From contig NC_047024.1 in the NCBI RefSeq assembly GCF_902652985.1, positions 16,244,001 through 16,308,000 on the forward strand: a DNA stretch of 64,000 nt, written 5' to 3'. Made by a program: the position numbers and the translations under genes. Origin of the DNA: Pecten maximus. Taxonomy: Eukaryota. This document shows positions 1-14,500 of this stretch, one piece after another (position 1 is the stretch's first letter; every line of letters begins with the position of its first letter). The notes under the pieces are model-generated. The model had not been told where the DNA came from, made no database searches, and saw only the letters and a list, made by a program, of their open reading frames with translations.

Positions 1-3000
1 GTTATATAGAGGTCAGGGTTACCATAAAGAGGGATGTTACTATAGAGGTCAGGGTTACCATAAATAGTGATGTTATATAGAGGTCAGGGTTACCATCAAT
101 AGTGATGTTACTATAGAGGTCAGGGTTATCGTATATAGTTATGGTATATTGAGGTCAGGGTTATCGTAAATAGTTATGTTATATAGAGGTCAGGGTTATC
201 GTAAATAGTGATGTTATATAGAGGTCAGGGTTATCGTAAATAGTTATGTTATATAGAGGTCAGGGTTATCGTAAATAGTTATGTTATATAGAGGTCAGGG
301 TTACCATAAATAGTGATGTTATATAGAGGTCAGGGTTATCGTAAATAGTTATGTTATATAGAGGCCAGGGTCACCATATAGTGATGTTATATACAGGTCA
401 GGGATACCACAAATAATGATGTTATATAGAGGTCAGGGTTACCGTAAATAGTGATATTATATTGAAGCCAGGGTTATCGTAAATAGTGATGTGATATAGA
501 GGTCAGGGTTACCATCAATAGTGATGTTACTATAGAGGCCAGGGTTACCAGAAATAGTGATATTATATAGAGGTCAGGGTTACCATAAATAGTGATGTTA
601 TATAGACGTCAGGGTTATCGTAAATAGTTATGTTAGATAGAGACCAGGGTTACCATATAGTGATGTTACTATAGAGAACAGGGTAACCATACATAGTTAT
701 GTTATATAGAGGTCAGGGTTACCACAAATAGTGATGTTACTATAGAGGTCAGGGTTACCATAAATAGTGTTGTTATATAGAGGTCAGGGTTACCATAAAT
801 AGTGATGTTATATAGAGGTCAGGGTTATCGTAAATAGTTATGTTATATAGAGGTCAGGGTTATCTTAAATAGTTATGCTATATAGAGGTCAGGGTTATCG
901 TAAATAGTTATGTTATATAGAGGCCAGGGTTACCATATAGTGATGTTACTACAGAGGTCAGGGTTACCACAAATAATGATGTTATATAGAGGTCAGGGTT
1001 ATCGTAAATAGTTATGTTATATAGAGGCCAGGGTTACCATACATAGTTATGTTATATAGAGGTCAGGGTTACCATACATAGTTATGTTATATAGAGGTCA
1101 GGGTTACCATCAATAGTGATGTTACTATAGAGGTCAGGGTTATCGTATATAGTTATGGTATATTGAGGTCAGGGTTATCGTAAATAGTTATGTTATATAG
1201 AGGTCAGGGTTATCGTAAATAGTGATGTTATATAGAGGTCAGGGTTATCGTAAATAGTTATGTTATATAGAGGTCAGGGTTATCGTAAATAGTGATGTTA
1301 TATAGAGGTCAGGGTTTCCATAAATAGTGATGTTATATAGAGGTCAGGGTTATCGTAAATAGTTATGTTATATAGAGGCCAGGGTCACCATATAGTGATG
1401 TTATATACAGGTCAGGGTTACCACAAATAATGATGTTATATAGAGGTCAGGGTTACCGTAAATAGTGATATTATATTGAAGCCAGGGTTATCGTAAATAG
1501 TGATGTTATATAGAGGTCAGGGTTACCATCAATAGTGATGTTACTATAGAGGCCAGGGTTACCAGAAATAGTGATATTATATAGAGGTCAGGGTTACCAT
1601 AAATAGTGATGTTATATAGACGTCAGGGTTATCGTAAATAGTTATGTTATATAGAGACCAGGGTTACCATATAGTGATGTTACTATAGAGAACAGGGTAA
1701 CCATACATAGTTATGTTATATAGAGGTCAGGGTTACCATAAATAGTGATGTTATATAGAGGTCAGGGTTACCATAAATAGTGATGTTATATAGAGGTCAG
1801 GGTTACCATAAATAGTTATGTTATATAGAGGTCAGGGTTATCGTAAATAGTGATGTTATATAGAGGTCAGGGTTTCCATAAATAGTGATGTTATATAGAG
1901 GTCAGGGTTATCGTAAATAGTTATGTTATATAGAGGTCAGGGTTACCATCAATAGGGATGTTACTATAGAGACCAGGGTTACCATATAGTGATGTTACTA
2001 TAGAGAACAGGGTAACCATACATAGTTATGTTATATAGAGGTCAGGGTTACCACAAATAGTGATGTTACTATAGAGGTCAGGGTTACCATAAATAGTGTT
2101 GTTATATAGAGGTCAGGGTTACCATAAATAGTGATGTTATATAGAGGTCAGGGTTATCGTAAATAGTTATGTTATATAGAGGTCAGGGTTATCTTAAATA
2201 GTTATGCTATATAGAGGTCAGGGTTATCGTAAATAGTTATGTTATATAGAGGCCAGGGTTACCATATAGTGATGTTACTACAGAGGTCAGGGTTACCACA
2301 AATAATGATGTTATATAGAGGTCAGGGTTATCGTAAATAGTTATGTTATATAGAGGCCAGGGTTACCATACATAGTTATGTTATATAGAGGTCAGGGTTA
2401 TCGTAAATAGTGATATATATGAGCAGGTATGTAAATATGTTATATAGAGGTAGGGTTACATAATGAGGGTTACTAATAGGTTTTATATAAGGAGGGTTAT
2501 CAAATGTTAATAATATGAGGTATAAAGGGTTACCATAAATAGTTTGTTATATAGAGCCAGGGTTACCATAGGAGTTTATATAGACAGGGTAACTAAATAG
2601 TTATGTTATTAGTAGAGGCGTTACTAAATGTTGTATATAGAGGTCAGGGTTTCAAATAGTTATGTTATATAGAGGTCAGGGTTTACATAGTGATGTTATA
2701 TAGAGGTCAGGGTTTACCAAAATTATTTATAGGTTAGGGTTATCTAAAGTAGTTAAAGGTAGGTTTATAAGTTAATAGAGGCCAGGGTTACCAGTTAATA
2801 GTTGTTATAAGAGGTCAGGGTTACCATAAATATGATGTTAAAGAGGCCAGGGTTACCAGAAATAGTGATATTATATAGAGGTCAGGGTTCCCATAAATAG
2901 TGTTATATAGACGTCAGGGTTATCGTAAATAGTTATGTTATATAGAGACCAGGGTTACCATATAGTGATGTTACTATAGAGAACAGGGTAACCATACATA

Positions 3001-3614
3001 GTTATGTTATATAGAGGTCAGGGTTACCATAAATAGTGATGTTATATAGAGGTCAGGGTTACCATAAATAGTGATGTTATATAGAGGTCAGGGTTACCAT
3101 AAATAGTTATGTTATATAGAGGTCAGGGTTACTCGTAAATAGTGATGTTATATAGAGGTCAGGGTTTCCATAAATAGTGATGTTATATAGAGGTCAGGGT
3201 TATCGTAAATAGTTATGTTACTATAGAGGTCAGGGTTACCATAAATAGGGATGTTACTATAGAGGTCAGGGTTACCATAAATAGTGATGTTATATAGAGG
3301 TCAGGGTTACCACAAATAGTGATGTTACTATAGAGGTCAGGGTTACCATAAATAGTTATGTTATATAGAGGTCAGGGTTACCATCAATAGTGATGTTATA
3401 TAGAGGTCAGGGTTACCATAAATAGTGATGTTACTATAGAGGCCAGGGTTACCAGAAATAGTGATATTACTATAGAGGTCAGGGTTACCATACATAGTTA
3501 TGTTACTATAGAGGCCAGGGTTACCATAAATCGTGATGTTATATAGAGGCCAGGGTTACCATAAATAGTGATGTTATATAGAGGCCAGGGTTACCATAAA
3601 TAGTGATGTTACTA
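1..3614. repeat. 35-bp tandem satellite (GTTATATAGAGGTCAGGGTTACCATAAATAGTGAT), ~100 copies, runs off the window start
   Basis: Direct periodicity. Variant monomers recur at ~1.01 kb spacing. 2400-2900 is indel-garbled. Confidence 0.97.
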
Positions 3615-4073
3615 TTTAAGGCAGTGTATCGCTAGTGGATGGAGTTAATAATATTCGCTAAACATTGTGAAATAATAGGAAATGCAAACAACGTCATTTA
3701 GATTCACACCTATTCAAAGACTGTAGTTCTACACTGTCATATCATTGACATTCATCTTTAGTTTGCTTCACCTGTTGTACATCTCCATGAAATATACTGA
3801 TAATGTATGGTAAAATATCGCACACTTCATCATTTCGTGTTTATTGTAATTATCTCAAAAATATACCTATTTAAATTATATGAACAATTGTCATGTGTTG
3901 TGATTAGCAAAGCCGATCCTCAAATTACAAAATACCTTAAAGTAGAATAAAAAGTGAGATTTTTGATTGCAGTTCAGTCCCCTTAATGGCATTATACTAC
4001 TAAAACAGACTACTTACCAGACCTTACACATATATTATCAGTGCCTTTTATGTGGAAGATAAGACCAAACGTC

Positions 4074-7000
4074 ATGCCTGTCTATCTTACACTTCAAGTG
4101 ATATTTACTGTAAGTATATTAGACAATATATATATACCAAATAATTCTATAATATAAACAAATGTAATACCAATAGTTCTGTAATAAAAAAACAGATGCT
4201 CAAGCAAACCCTAACCCTTACTCGAAGCAGAAAAATGGTATTTCATGAAGATTGGAATAAGAAATAAATAGGTCTTTTGAATGATCTAATGAAATTTCGA
4301 AACACATGTACCTTGTTTAATTTTCAGTAATTTCAGGATAAATTAAACGTTTACTCTTATTCCCTAATTTATTTTGGTATTGTAACTCTATCAAGGAATA
4401 TATAGCACACAGACAATTCAATGACATATCTTCCCCAGCACTACCTTAGACACCTGGATATATCAGAGGTATTTCCCTGACCTCTCTCTGTCAGTATAGC
4501 GACAAACTTAACTGACAATTGAGCCGAGAATTTGCATTAGTTCAATATGAACTATATATCATCCGATATCAAATCTTGTTATATAATAACATGTTACTAT
4601 AGCCTAATGGTTATACATACCTGTGGTATGGATACATTTGTTACATAAGCGTATTGATTTCAATGACAATTATCTTTATTGTCAAATTAAGAGTATCAAA
4701 ATGTCATATACAGTTTTGCTTGACGCATGGAACTTGCTATTGTGTTATAAAGATAATTTGTATCTGATATCTTCTACATTTTAACCTTTCAATACAGAAT
4801 GTGGAACAAGTCATTAAATTTATCAGATTTTCCCATTTTTTTTTTTTTTTTTTTTATAAATGATAAGGAAGCATGACATCTTATACACAGCATTAGCATC
4901 CGTCGTTAGAACTCGTTTGTAATGACTATGTGTCAATTTGATCGCAATGGTCTTAAGAGTTCCCCAAACTATGTTTTGCAGAACATAGTTCATTGAAATT
5001 GATATAATGTAGGAAGGCAAAAATCAGTTGAACGTAGACTCGTTACATGACTAAAGACTCCATTAGAGGACGCGGAAAGAGATTTGAATATTATCGTTTG
5101 GTATCGTCCGACCGATACCTCAGCCATCGTGTTCCACTTGTTTTGCAAGAAAAACACGTGCCATTCATCGACATGATAGCGATATGACATCGTCATCAGT
5201 TGATCTTAAATTCCGATATTTGAATAATACTACGACTTGTGCCAAAGTGTCGTCAAAATTGCCTTAGAAACTTTGCTGAACATGACCGAAAGATAAAAAC
5301 GATTCTAGTTGAATGAAAATATAAACTACATATTTCAGTTCATAAAACTTTAATATGAAACGTAATTTTCTTGGTAAACAAAGAGACACTGCGTCGCTAA
5401 TGTAAATATAATTTCATATCCAATATTTCTTTTGTGTAACTATTGATTGGAACCTTTTTACAGTAGCCGTTTCCCGCGGTCTTTTACTCCAGTTCTGAGG
5501 AAAACATGCTTACAAACTTTCCGCTCGCGAGAATAGGGATGCACACCAATTCGACATTCAAAATGCTCGTGTTGATTTATTTCATTTCAGTTTCAATTTT
5601 CTTTAAAATAAAGTATTTAACGGATTTCCTCCTAGATTTTCTGGTAATAAAACATTAACGACTTGCAATGTTCATGCTATTTTCCGGTAATAAAACATTA
5701 ACGACTTACGATGTTCATGTTATTTTCCGGTAATGCAATGGACGTTCATATTGCCAATGAACAGGATCGGAATTCTTAAACATGTAAACTGATTTTTATA
5801 TACTCAAAAGGGTGTCTCTTATTCATGACCTTACATTTTAAAAGTATGTTTTATACTTACAGTGGCTGGCAATCTTCTTAATTGTGGATGCTAGTTTACC
5901 AGCAATACCATGTCCGGCACCACCACCTTGTGACTGTAATTGGAATAGCATTAACTGTGATTCCAGAAATCTGTCTGCGGTTCCTCAGTTTAACCTCTCA
6001 GGAAGCATGCCATGGAGGGTCGATCTAAGTTCGAACAATATCACCTTTATTCCAAGTAAAGCATTCGCTAACATTACTGGCTTATACAATCTCAACATTA
6101 CAAACAATCAGATAGCGGACATGGACGATGATGCTCTCTTTGGTGCTGAAAACACGCTTGAATTTCTGTTCATGAGAGACAATGAAATGAAGAAGATTCC
6201 AACTGCCTTGGGTATGATGAGGAAAGTGAGTTCTCTCTCCATTGACGGAAACCCTGTACAAGATTTCCAAGTCAGCGTTTTTCGAAATGTGTCCTCTACG
6301 CTCCAGGACCTAGAGTTCGGCTCTCCTGGAACGTCGTTTTGGCCGAATTCAATACGATATCTAGCGAACTTAACGAGGCTATCCGTGAAAGAACTAAATG
6401 TTGATTATCTACCCCTGTCTGCATTCGCTGGCCTAGAGAAGTCTCTAGAATTTTTGGAATTTGAGAGATGTTCTATCCGAAGCCTGCCGTTGACACTGAG
6501 CTCACTAGATGCCCTTGATGTGCTGTCTCTCACCAGTAACCCTAATCTGAAACTTTCCGGAATCCCGAGAGAAGCTTTCAGTGGTATTGAATCTCTTGTC
6601 CAGATTTATATCACAAATCAAAGCTTCGATACAGTTCCTGACATCTTTCACGATTCACTGACGATTCGTGACATCGACATAACGGGAACACCTATTACCC
6701 ATTTTGATGCCTCTTTGATTCCTGATGAAAATAGCTTACGAACTGTTAGTCTTTCGGATACGCTATTACGCGAGGTTCCGCCTGCCATTGTAAAAATGAA
6801 AAATTTACAAACTCTTATAATTCGTAACAGTAGCATTACCTCCGTGTCCTTATCAGACTTTGAAGGTTTAACTAAGATCAAATCTATTGGTATAATGAAC
6901 GCTCCGCTGACTTCTTTCTCTGATGACGCTTTAAAAGACACACACAATCTGAAGTTCCTGTTCCTTAGTAACACAAACCTGACGACAGTACCAAGGGCTA

Positions 7001-7206
7001 TCAAGGGACTCTCAAGGCTCCGTTATATCGACCTGGAAGGCAACAAACTCATTTGTACATGTGCTAGATTGGGATGGATGAAACATTGTGGAGGTAGCGA
7101 CCACTTTATACTCACAGGTGACTGTGCTAATTTGCAGAATGTTAGTTTAAGTACTTACTTTAGAGAGCAGGTGCCGAAATGTCCAGAGGAAGGCATTATT
7201 CTATAG
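4074..7206 (+). CDS. Secreted LRR-only protein 1; exons 4074-4109 and 5863-7206
   Basis: Exon 1 MPVYLTLQVIFT|GTAAGT joins in phase 0 to ttacag|WLAIFLIVDA, forming a signal peptide. LRRNT CPAPPPCDC, many LxxLxLxxN repeats, LRRCT (GNKLICTC...C...CP). No TM or TIR domain. AATAAA at ~7246. Confidence 0.9.
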
Positions 7207-7959
7207 GTCTTTACTGATATGTTTGGTTACTGTGATGTCTTCTCAAATAAAACGCCACATGATACTTGTTGCCTTTGTTTTTAAAGCGATGTTATGATTA
7301 ACAATAAGAGTTATGATAAACGCTGCCATCGTGATCAATTTATTATCAATAGACCTCACACAATCACGTTGTTCTGTCATGCAAACGAAGCTTTGAATTC
7401 AAAAATAAACGATTCACAGAAAGAAATTAAACTTAAAATGTAATGCTAGATATGGCAAGAGCATTTCATTGTATGCGTTCCAGAACACGCAAAAATATCA
7501 CATTTCAAGCCTCATCGCCAAAGATTTAAGTTGATTAGAAATTATTAACGGAAAACAGGAGTTGGTTAAGTTTTCCATTAATGAGAAACACTGACTAGGA
7601 AACAAGCTAAAAATTCGTATTCTTCTATCGCAATTAGATGTTGCATTCATATTTATAATTTTCACCAACAACTTGTTAACTTCGAAGAACTGAATAAACG
7701 GTGAACCATTTGTGAAAGAGTACACTAGCATTATACACATTGTCTACAATCTAATTCAACAATGCCATCAACAGATTCAGGATGTCAATAGTTATAACAT
7801 CGTGTAGCGTCTCATTCAGGAATACAGAGAAACGACATCGGCGATAAACAGTAGCCAGCCTTCCCACTGACACGCTTCTCGTGGCTGTAATATTCTATGA
7901 TATTCAACTGGCAACAATTCAATATCTTATATATATATATTAAGATATATAAGTACATG

Positions 7960-8385
7960 TTTAAATATATCGGCTAAAAGAACAGGTTAAATATATCAGT
8001 TAAATGTAAAGGTTAAAATATATCGGTTCTGTGTACAGGTTAAATATATTGATTAAAAGAACAGATTAAGATATATCGGCTAATTGTAAAGGCTAAATAT
8101 ATATCGTATATATCGGTTAAGTGTACATATTAAGATATATCGGTTAAGTGTAGAGGTTAAAATATATCGGTTAAGTGTAGAGGTTAAAATATATCGGTTA
8201 AGAGTAGAGGTTGAAATATATCGGTTAGAGGTAAAGGTCAAATTATATCGGTTAAGAGTAGCGGTTAAAATATATCGGTTAGAAGCACAGGTTAAAATAT
8301 ATCGGTTAAGAGTAGAGGTTTGAACTCATCAGTTAAAAGTATATGTTGAAATATATCGGTTAAAGTACAAGTTGAAATATCTTTT
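7960..8385. repeat. Degenerate ~27-bp minisatellite (GTTAAAATATATCGGTTAAGTGTAGAG)
   Basis: Repeated ATATATCGGTTAA core just upstream of LRR gene 2 exon 1. Confidence 0.85.
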
Positions 8386-8528
8386 GATTAGTCAAGGAGT
8401 TCGTCAAACTACCTCTAAAGTGTCAGCGATGTTTCCCGGTCACGAGATAATACCATCTAAAATAGACTACGCGTCAGACCTTACATCAGTGTCTTTTGTG
8501 TTAGCAATGTAAGATAAGACGGGCCGCC

Positions 8529-11500
8529 ATGTTTGTCTACACAACACTTTCCGTAATATTTACTGTAAGTATAAATTTATATTGAAGTATTGTTTCTATA
8601 AAACAGACGTTTTACTAAAATATCTGAAGACACGAATTAGATTTTTTGAATATATCTGTTTTATTAAAGTTTGCAAACTTGCGTAACAATTAGGAAAGAG
8701 AATTCCTGTAGCAACGTTGTATTGGTTTTCTTCTTATTTTATTTCACCGAGGAAATTCATGTTAACAGGGTTCGGTTTTGTCAATGGTCGGCATATGATA
8801 TGCTGAGTGACCTTACATACGAAGAAATTGGTCCCGTCTAGATTATAATAGTCCTGAATTCGATCATTTTTAATAACAAAGAAAGACGTAAATTCAATAT
8901 AAAATATAAAATCAATATGAATTAACTTTTAAAAAAAGAAACACTCTTCAAATAATTGGTGCTTTTTGAACGAAAGGTGACTAGTTGAATGTATGTTACG
9001 CTAGAAATTGTTGTTCGAAAGCGACTTATTATCTTCCATGTAGATGAATTAATATCTTACCTGGGTTCTACATTTTCAATCTTCCAATATAGAATATGGA
9101 GCCAAACATCACATTTTGTCAATGTTTTTCCTATACATGGTAGATAAGACGCGACATACTCTGAAGGGTGCATGGTATTTCCATATCCTGTACGAGTATT
9201 GAGAACATTTTATTTCAATATTATTTTTGTTCACAGTGCATCTCACTACATTAAATCACAATGTTCTAAATATTTCCTCCAAATTGTTTCGAAGCATATT
9301 TAATGTACTTTGTTTTCACGTTCTAACATCGCTTGCTGCCTTTTTTAATTTTAAGGAACGTCAATGAATGGCAAACTCTGTTTGTTTTCAAAACAGATTA
9401 GTTCCTATCGTAAATGTGTAATAGGTGTTTAACAGTTGATAGTTATTTACAGCTAAAACGTATTTAGTTCTGTCATCATCTATTCTTTCATTTCAATTAC
9501 ATTCAGTTTAAGTCGCATCTAACCAGGTAAGTCAGATATTGATCAAAAACAGCAGATCATATTAGGCGAGCTCGACCACCAGCTATTCACTTGTCGAGCT
9601 GTTCCAACTTATTCGATGACATATGCAGATTAACAGAAACCAATCACAGTCAGGTTTATAATTGTCGACGCATGCGCAAATGATTTTTTTCTTTCTTTAT
9701 TCAAAATTCTTACATTTAGGATTTACATAATAAAGTTTTATCTTACATTCTTCCTCACAACTCCCATCCAGATACATTACAAAATATTTGTTTGAATAAG
9801 GATTCATTGTAGTAATTTTTGCTTATAAAGTATGTACATGTCGATTTAATTAAATTTACAGTGTATTTTCTCAGATATTTTTTAGGCTTACTAATTTCGA
9901 ACCTTAATGCTTTTTGAAAATGATATAAATGGTCTATGTTTCAAATGTGTTTTTCAATGCGTCCAATACATAGTAAAATTTCTTTGAAGTTTTAAGCATA
10001 AACACAATATTTCTAATGGAATTCATGATGTTATTAACTATGCATATTTTGCTTTCCCCATGGTTTTCAAATTGTCGTTTGTTCCTGGATTTCTAAATAT
10101 GCCATTTTGTAACAGAGATGATAGTATTCAAAAATTGAAGACAAATTAAAATCTAAGTGAAAACAAGAAAACATAACATCTGTTTCAGAAATGGTATAAA
10201 GTTATTTTTGGTTTGAAATTCTGTTGATTGCTCTATTTATAAATGGTGCTTAAGTTTTCCATGTTCCTTTGCTGAAAATACATAAAAAAAATCAGTGTTG
10301 TTGCGTTTCATTATTGACATTACAAAAATTACATTTTCCATCTGATAGACCAATTTTCCTAAGTTTATGATTAGTAGAGACTATATTATGGATACATTGC
10401 CACTGAAACTCTTTACTTTTTCTGTCTGCTATAGATATTTTTAGCGTTTTCCATATACTTCCCCAATCAAATAGTTGATTTAAATATAATGATTCCCATT
10501 TTTGCTAGGCTTTAGGTTCATATCTTTTTTCCCAGTGTAATATTTAACAATATTTATTTGGTTCTACTGCTGACTTTATGTTTTTGATAATCAAATTTTC
10601 AGTTATGATATACTGTTTTTCATCAGGCAATGGGTCATTTGACTTCAGTTAGTTAACCACTTATTAGGTATTCCATGTTTAATTCTTGAAAATTCCGAAA
10701 TCCAATTTTCTTTTTGTCTTAGCTTTTGCAGTAGTGTACTGATGTTATAAAGATTTTGCTTTGTCCATCCCATATGTCTTTAATCGTGGTTATTTTGGAT
10801 TGTGTCCAGTTCTTTAAAAATGAGGGATTTCTTTTGAAGATTATGTCATTATTTCCAAAAAGCATTTGATTTGTAATACCATCTTTTCCTGAGGTCTTTG
10901 ATAGATATTGTAAAAAATATTGCCACTCTGATAGTTGAACTACATATAATTGTGGTATTGTACTGAGATCTAGAGATTTTAAACTGCTACATTCACATAG
11001 AAACCAATATTTACCCAATGCATTCCATGTTTGAAGTTCTGAATTTATGATTTTATATATGTTTTTTTTCCAATATCTATCATATTTAGTCCACCCTTCA
11101 GTTTGTCTCTAAAGCAAGTTTCTTTTTTATTAACTTTGCTTTTCCAAAGAAAGGAATATATAAGTTTGTTAATTAAATATTTGTACTGTGTTGGTATTGT
11201 TGTTTGAAATATTTCATATATGATTGTGGATAGTATAAGTGTTTTGATTATCATTATTTAACCATTCAAAGTTAAATTTCTTTTTCCCATTTGTTTATCA
11301 GTGATTTGATTTTTTGCATTTTTTCCCCAAATGGTGTCTTAGCAATATTACTACCGTGAGTTATTCCTGATGCTTTGATAATTTCGACCCATTTTATCTC
11401 ATTGTATCTTGGTGGTCTTTGGTTCCAAAAATCCATATATATTCCTTTTGTTTTCTGATAATTTATTTTTGCTACGGAGGCTTTTTCATATCTTTTTAGC

Positions 11501-14500
11501 GTTTTAAATGTTTCTACTAGACTCTTTTCTGTACCTGCCAATAATTGGGAGTCATCAGCAAACATACTTATTTTAGCTTCAATGTTTTCATTATTTAAAA
11601 CTGGAATATTTATACATGTAATGTTTTTGTTTTTACGTATGGAACAAGCTAAAGGTTCAGCTTGTATAATGTAGATTAGAGGTGCGAGAGGGCATCCTTG
11701 TTTTACTGAGCGGCTAAGTTTAAATAATCTTGAAAGAAAGCCATTTCAATCCATTGTATAAGTCTGTTACCATTACCAAATTTCTCTAGACTTTTTTAAC
11801 CCATTCCCATTCTACTCGATCAAATGTCTTTTCTTGATCCAAAAAGATTATCCCAGCCTCAATATGTTCCACGTTTACATATTCCGTGATATCTTGAATT
11901 AATTTTAATTGATTTTTATCAAGTACCAATATTTCTTGTAAAATTCTGAAGTTATACCATCTGTACCTGACGATTTATTACATTCAAGGTTATCAACAGA
12001 AGTTTTTATTTCATTTTCAGTAGGAATTACATCACCAATTTCTTTTTCATTGTAACTTAATGTCTTGTCTACATTGTGTAATAGCTCATTTGTCTTTACT
12101 CTATACCTTCAGTTTTAAATAAGTTTGAATAAAAGAGTACTTGCTCTTTCAAAATATCTTCAATATTGTATTTGTATGTGCCATCTTGGCTTTAGATAGA
12201 ACCACCATTTTTTATTAATCCGTCTAGTTTTTTCCTAACTGAAAAAAATATTAAGTTGATTTTCACCTTCTTCATACCATTAAACCCTTGATCTAATTTT
12301 GGCCGCTGTAGCCTTTTGTTGATAATAGGCCTCTAATGTTTGCTAAATAGCATTTGATTCTGCATTATTTATGTAAGTTGTCTGTAGTTTATTTTCCAAT
12401 TTCTTAATGTGATTTTCCTTCACATTTACTATTTTACCTACAGTTATGCAAATATCTTTTATTTTTAGATTTGCTATGTCCTACCATTCTTTTATCGTCC
12501 TGAATTCCTGCTTTTTTGTTTTCAATGAGTTCCAAAAACTAGTAAATGCATTTTTAAAATGATCAATATCTAGTACTTTTTTCATTCATTTTCCAATACC
12601 CTGGCCCTTTTATACTATTTATAAGTTTGACATTAAGATGAGGAACACCATAGTGTGATCTGTTTTTGTAAAGGGACAAGACTCTATGGATGTAGTAGTG
12701 ACATTAGCATCAAGATCTTTAGATATATAAAACTTATCAATTTGAGAACGTTTATTTCCTCTTCTAAAAGTAAATGCCCTTTTGCTTGGATATCTCCTCC
12801 AAATATCTTCGATTTCTAACCCAATGGCCATATCCTCTAGTTCCTCTTTCCCTGCATCATTTAGGTCCTTTAAATTATCTCTATCTAAATCTTTATTTAG
12901 TACACAATTAAAATCTCCCCAATGATCAGTTTATTTACATTGTACTTATTTTTTTTTATAGTTCCTGTTTCAAAGAACAGTAAAACATTTTCTTTTCTTA
13001 GCTTCGTTTGGTGCATATGAATAAACTAATGTTATAATATAATCATTGCATTGAAATGTTATTATAATATATCGTCCATCGTTATCCCTTAGTACTACAG
13101 TAGGTTTTACATGTAATCCTTTTCTAAATGAAATAGCCACTCCTCTCGAAGTTGATGTTCCATTTGACCAATAACTTTCACTATCCCATTCACATTTCCA
13201 TCTAAATAAAGAATTATTATCACCGCAGTGAGTTTCTTGACAAAAGATAATATCAGCTTTCATTTTTCGGAACCAATAGAAAAGATTGGACCTTTTTGCT
13301 TTGGCATTTAAGCCATTAACATCAATTTTGGTTATCTTTAAATTATTCATATTAGATATGAAAAAAAAGTTCCAAGTACAATCAAAACTTAAACATGAAA
13401 CATATGATTGATATATAATATTAGCATTAAAACATACATACTTATATCTTTTATTTTCCACTTTTGAAACCAATAAAAGAGATTGGTCCTTTAATCTTTG
13501 TCATTTAAGATTAACATTAGTCCGATTGTCTTCAAATTATCCATATTATGTATGAAGAAAATTCAAAATACAATCAAAACATTTCAATGGTTAGACTTAA
13601 ACATGAAACACATAATTGATACATTTAAAAAGTTTAGACATAAACATGATGCGCAAATTGATATATAATTCATGTATACTTATATATTTGATTTTCTCAG
13701 CTTTCACTTTTGGAACCAATAGAAGAGATGGGTCCTTTAGTCTTTGGCATTTAAGATTAATATTAATTCTGGTTATCTTCAAAATATCGATATTAAGTAT
13801 GAAAAAAAATTCCAAATACAATCAAAACATTTGAATTGTTAGATATAAACACGATACACATAATTGATAGAAAATGTTAGCATTAATACATGTATACATT
13901 TTTCTCTCTTTTTCTCACTTACGCATTTTCTGTTCGTACACACTTGCTCTAAATGTTGAAGCTTACATCTGATGTCTCACTGCGAGAGCGATTTTTTTTA
14001 TTTTACCGTCACTGTTTTGGCTGTGTAAGTGTCATTGATAGAGTCAAGAAAGCCTGCTAACAGTGCTTGTTCACCTTTACTGTTCACGTGTAGCCCATCC
14101 TTCGTCTCGAAAAGGTTTCCGACATGTTTATCTCCCTTAAGGACAAGTTTGTCGTTGTCTATGTACTGCAGATCATAACGCTCACACAGTTTTTTCACGA
14201 AACTGTTAACTGTTTTTGCTGTCCGGTTAGCATTACTCGCACTTTCTTCACACATGCACATTATATGTAACCAAAATGATTTCGTTTACTATATAATTAC
14301 ACCGTAGTTGCCATAGTTTCTGATCGAGCTCGCATCTTTCATGTCTTCGTGTCGTGGTGACTTTAACATCACACTACTTCAAAACAGCTTGAACGACATT
14401 GCAGATTAAACATTGTACGGGAAAATGATATTTATAAATTGTATACTTACAGTGTCTGACAATCTTTCTGAGACTTAACGCTAGTTTAGCAGCAATACCA

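Noticed and set aside
2400-2900. Abruptly scrambled satellite segment as a distinct element
   Set aside because: Same monomer with dense small indels; looks like low-quality consensus.
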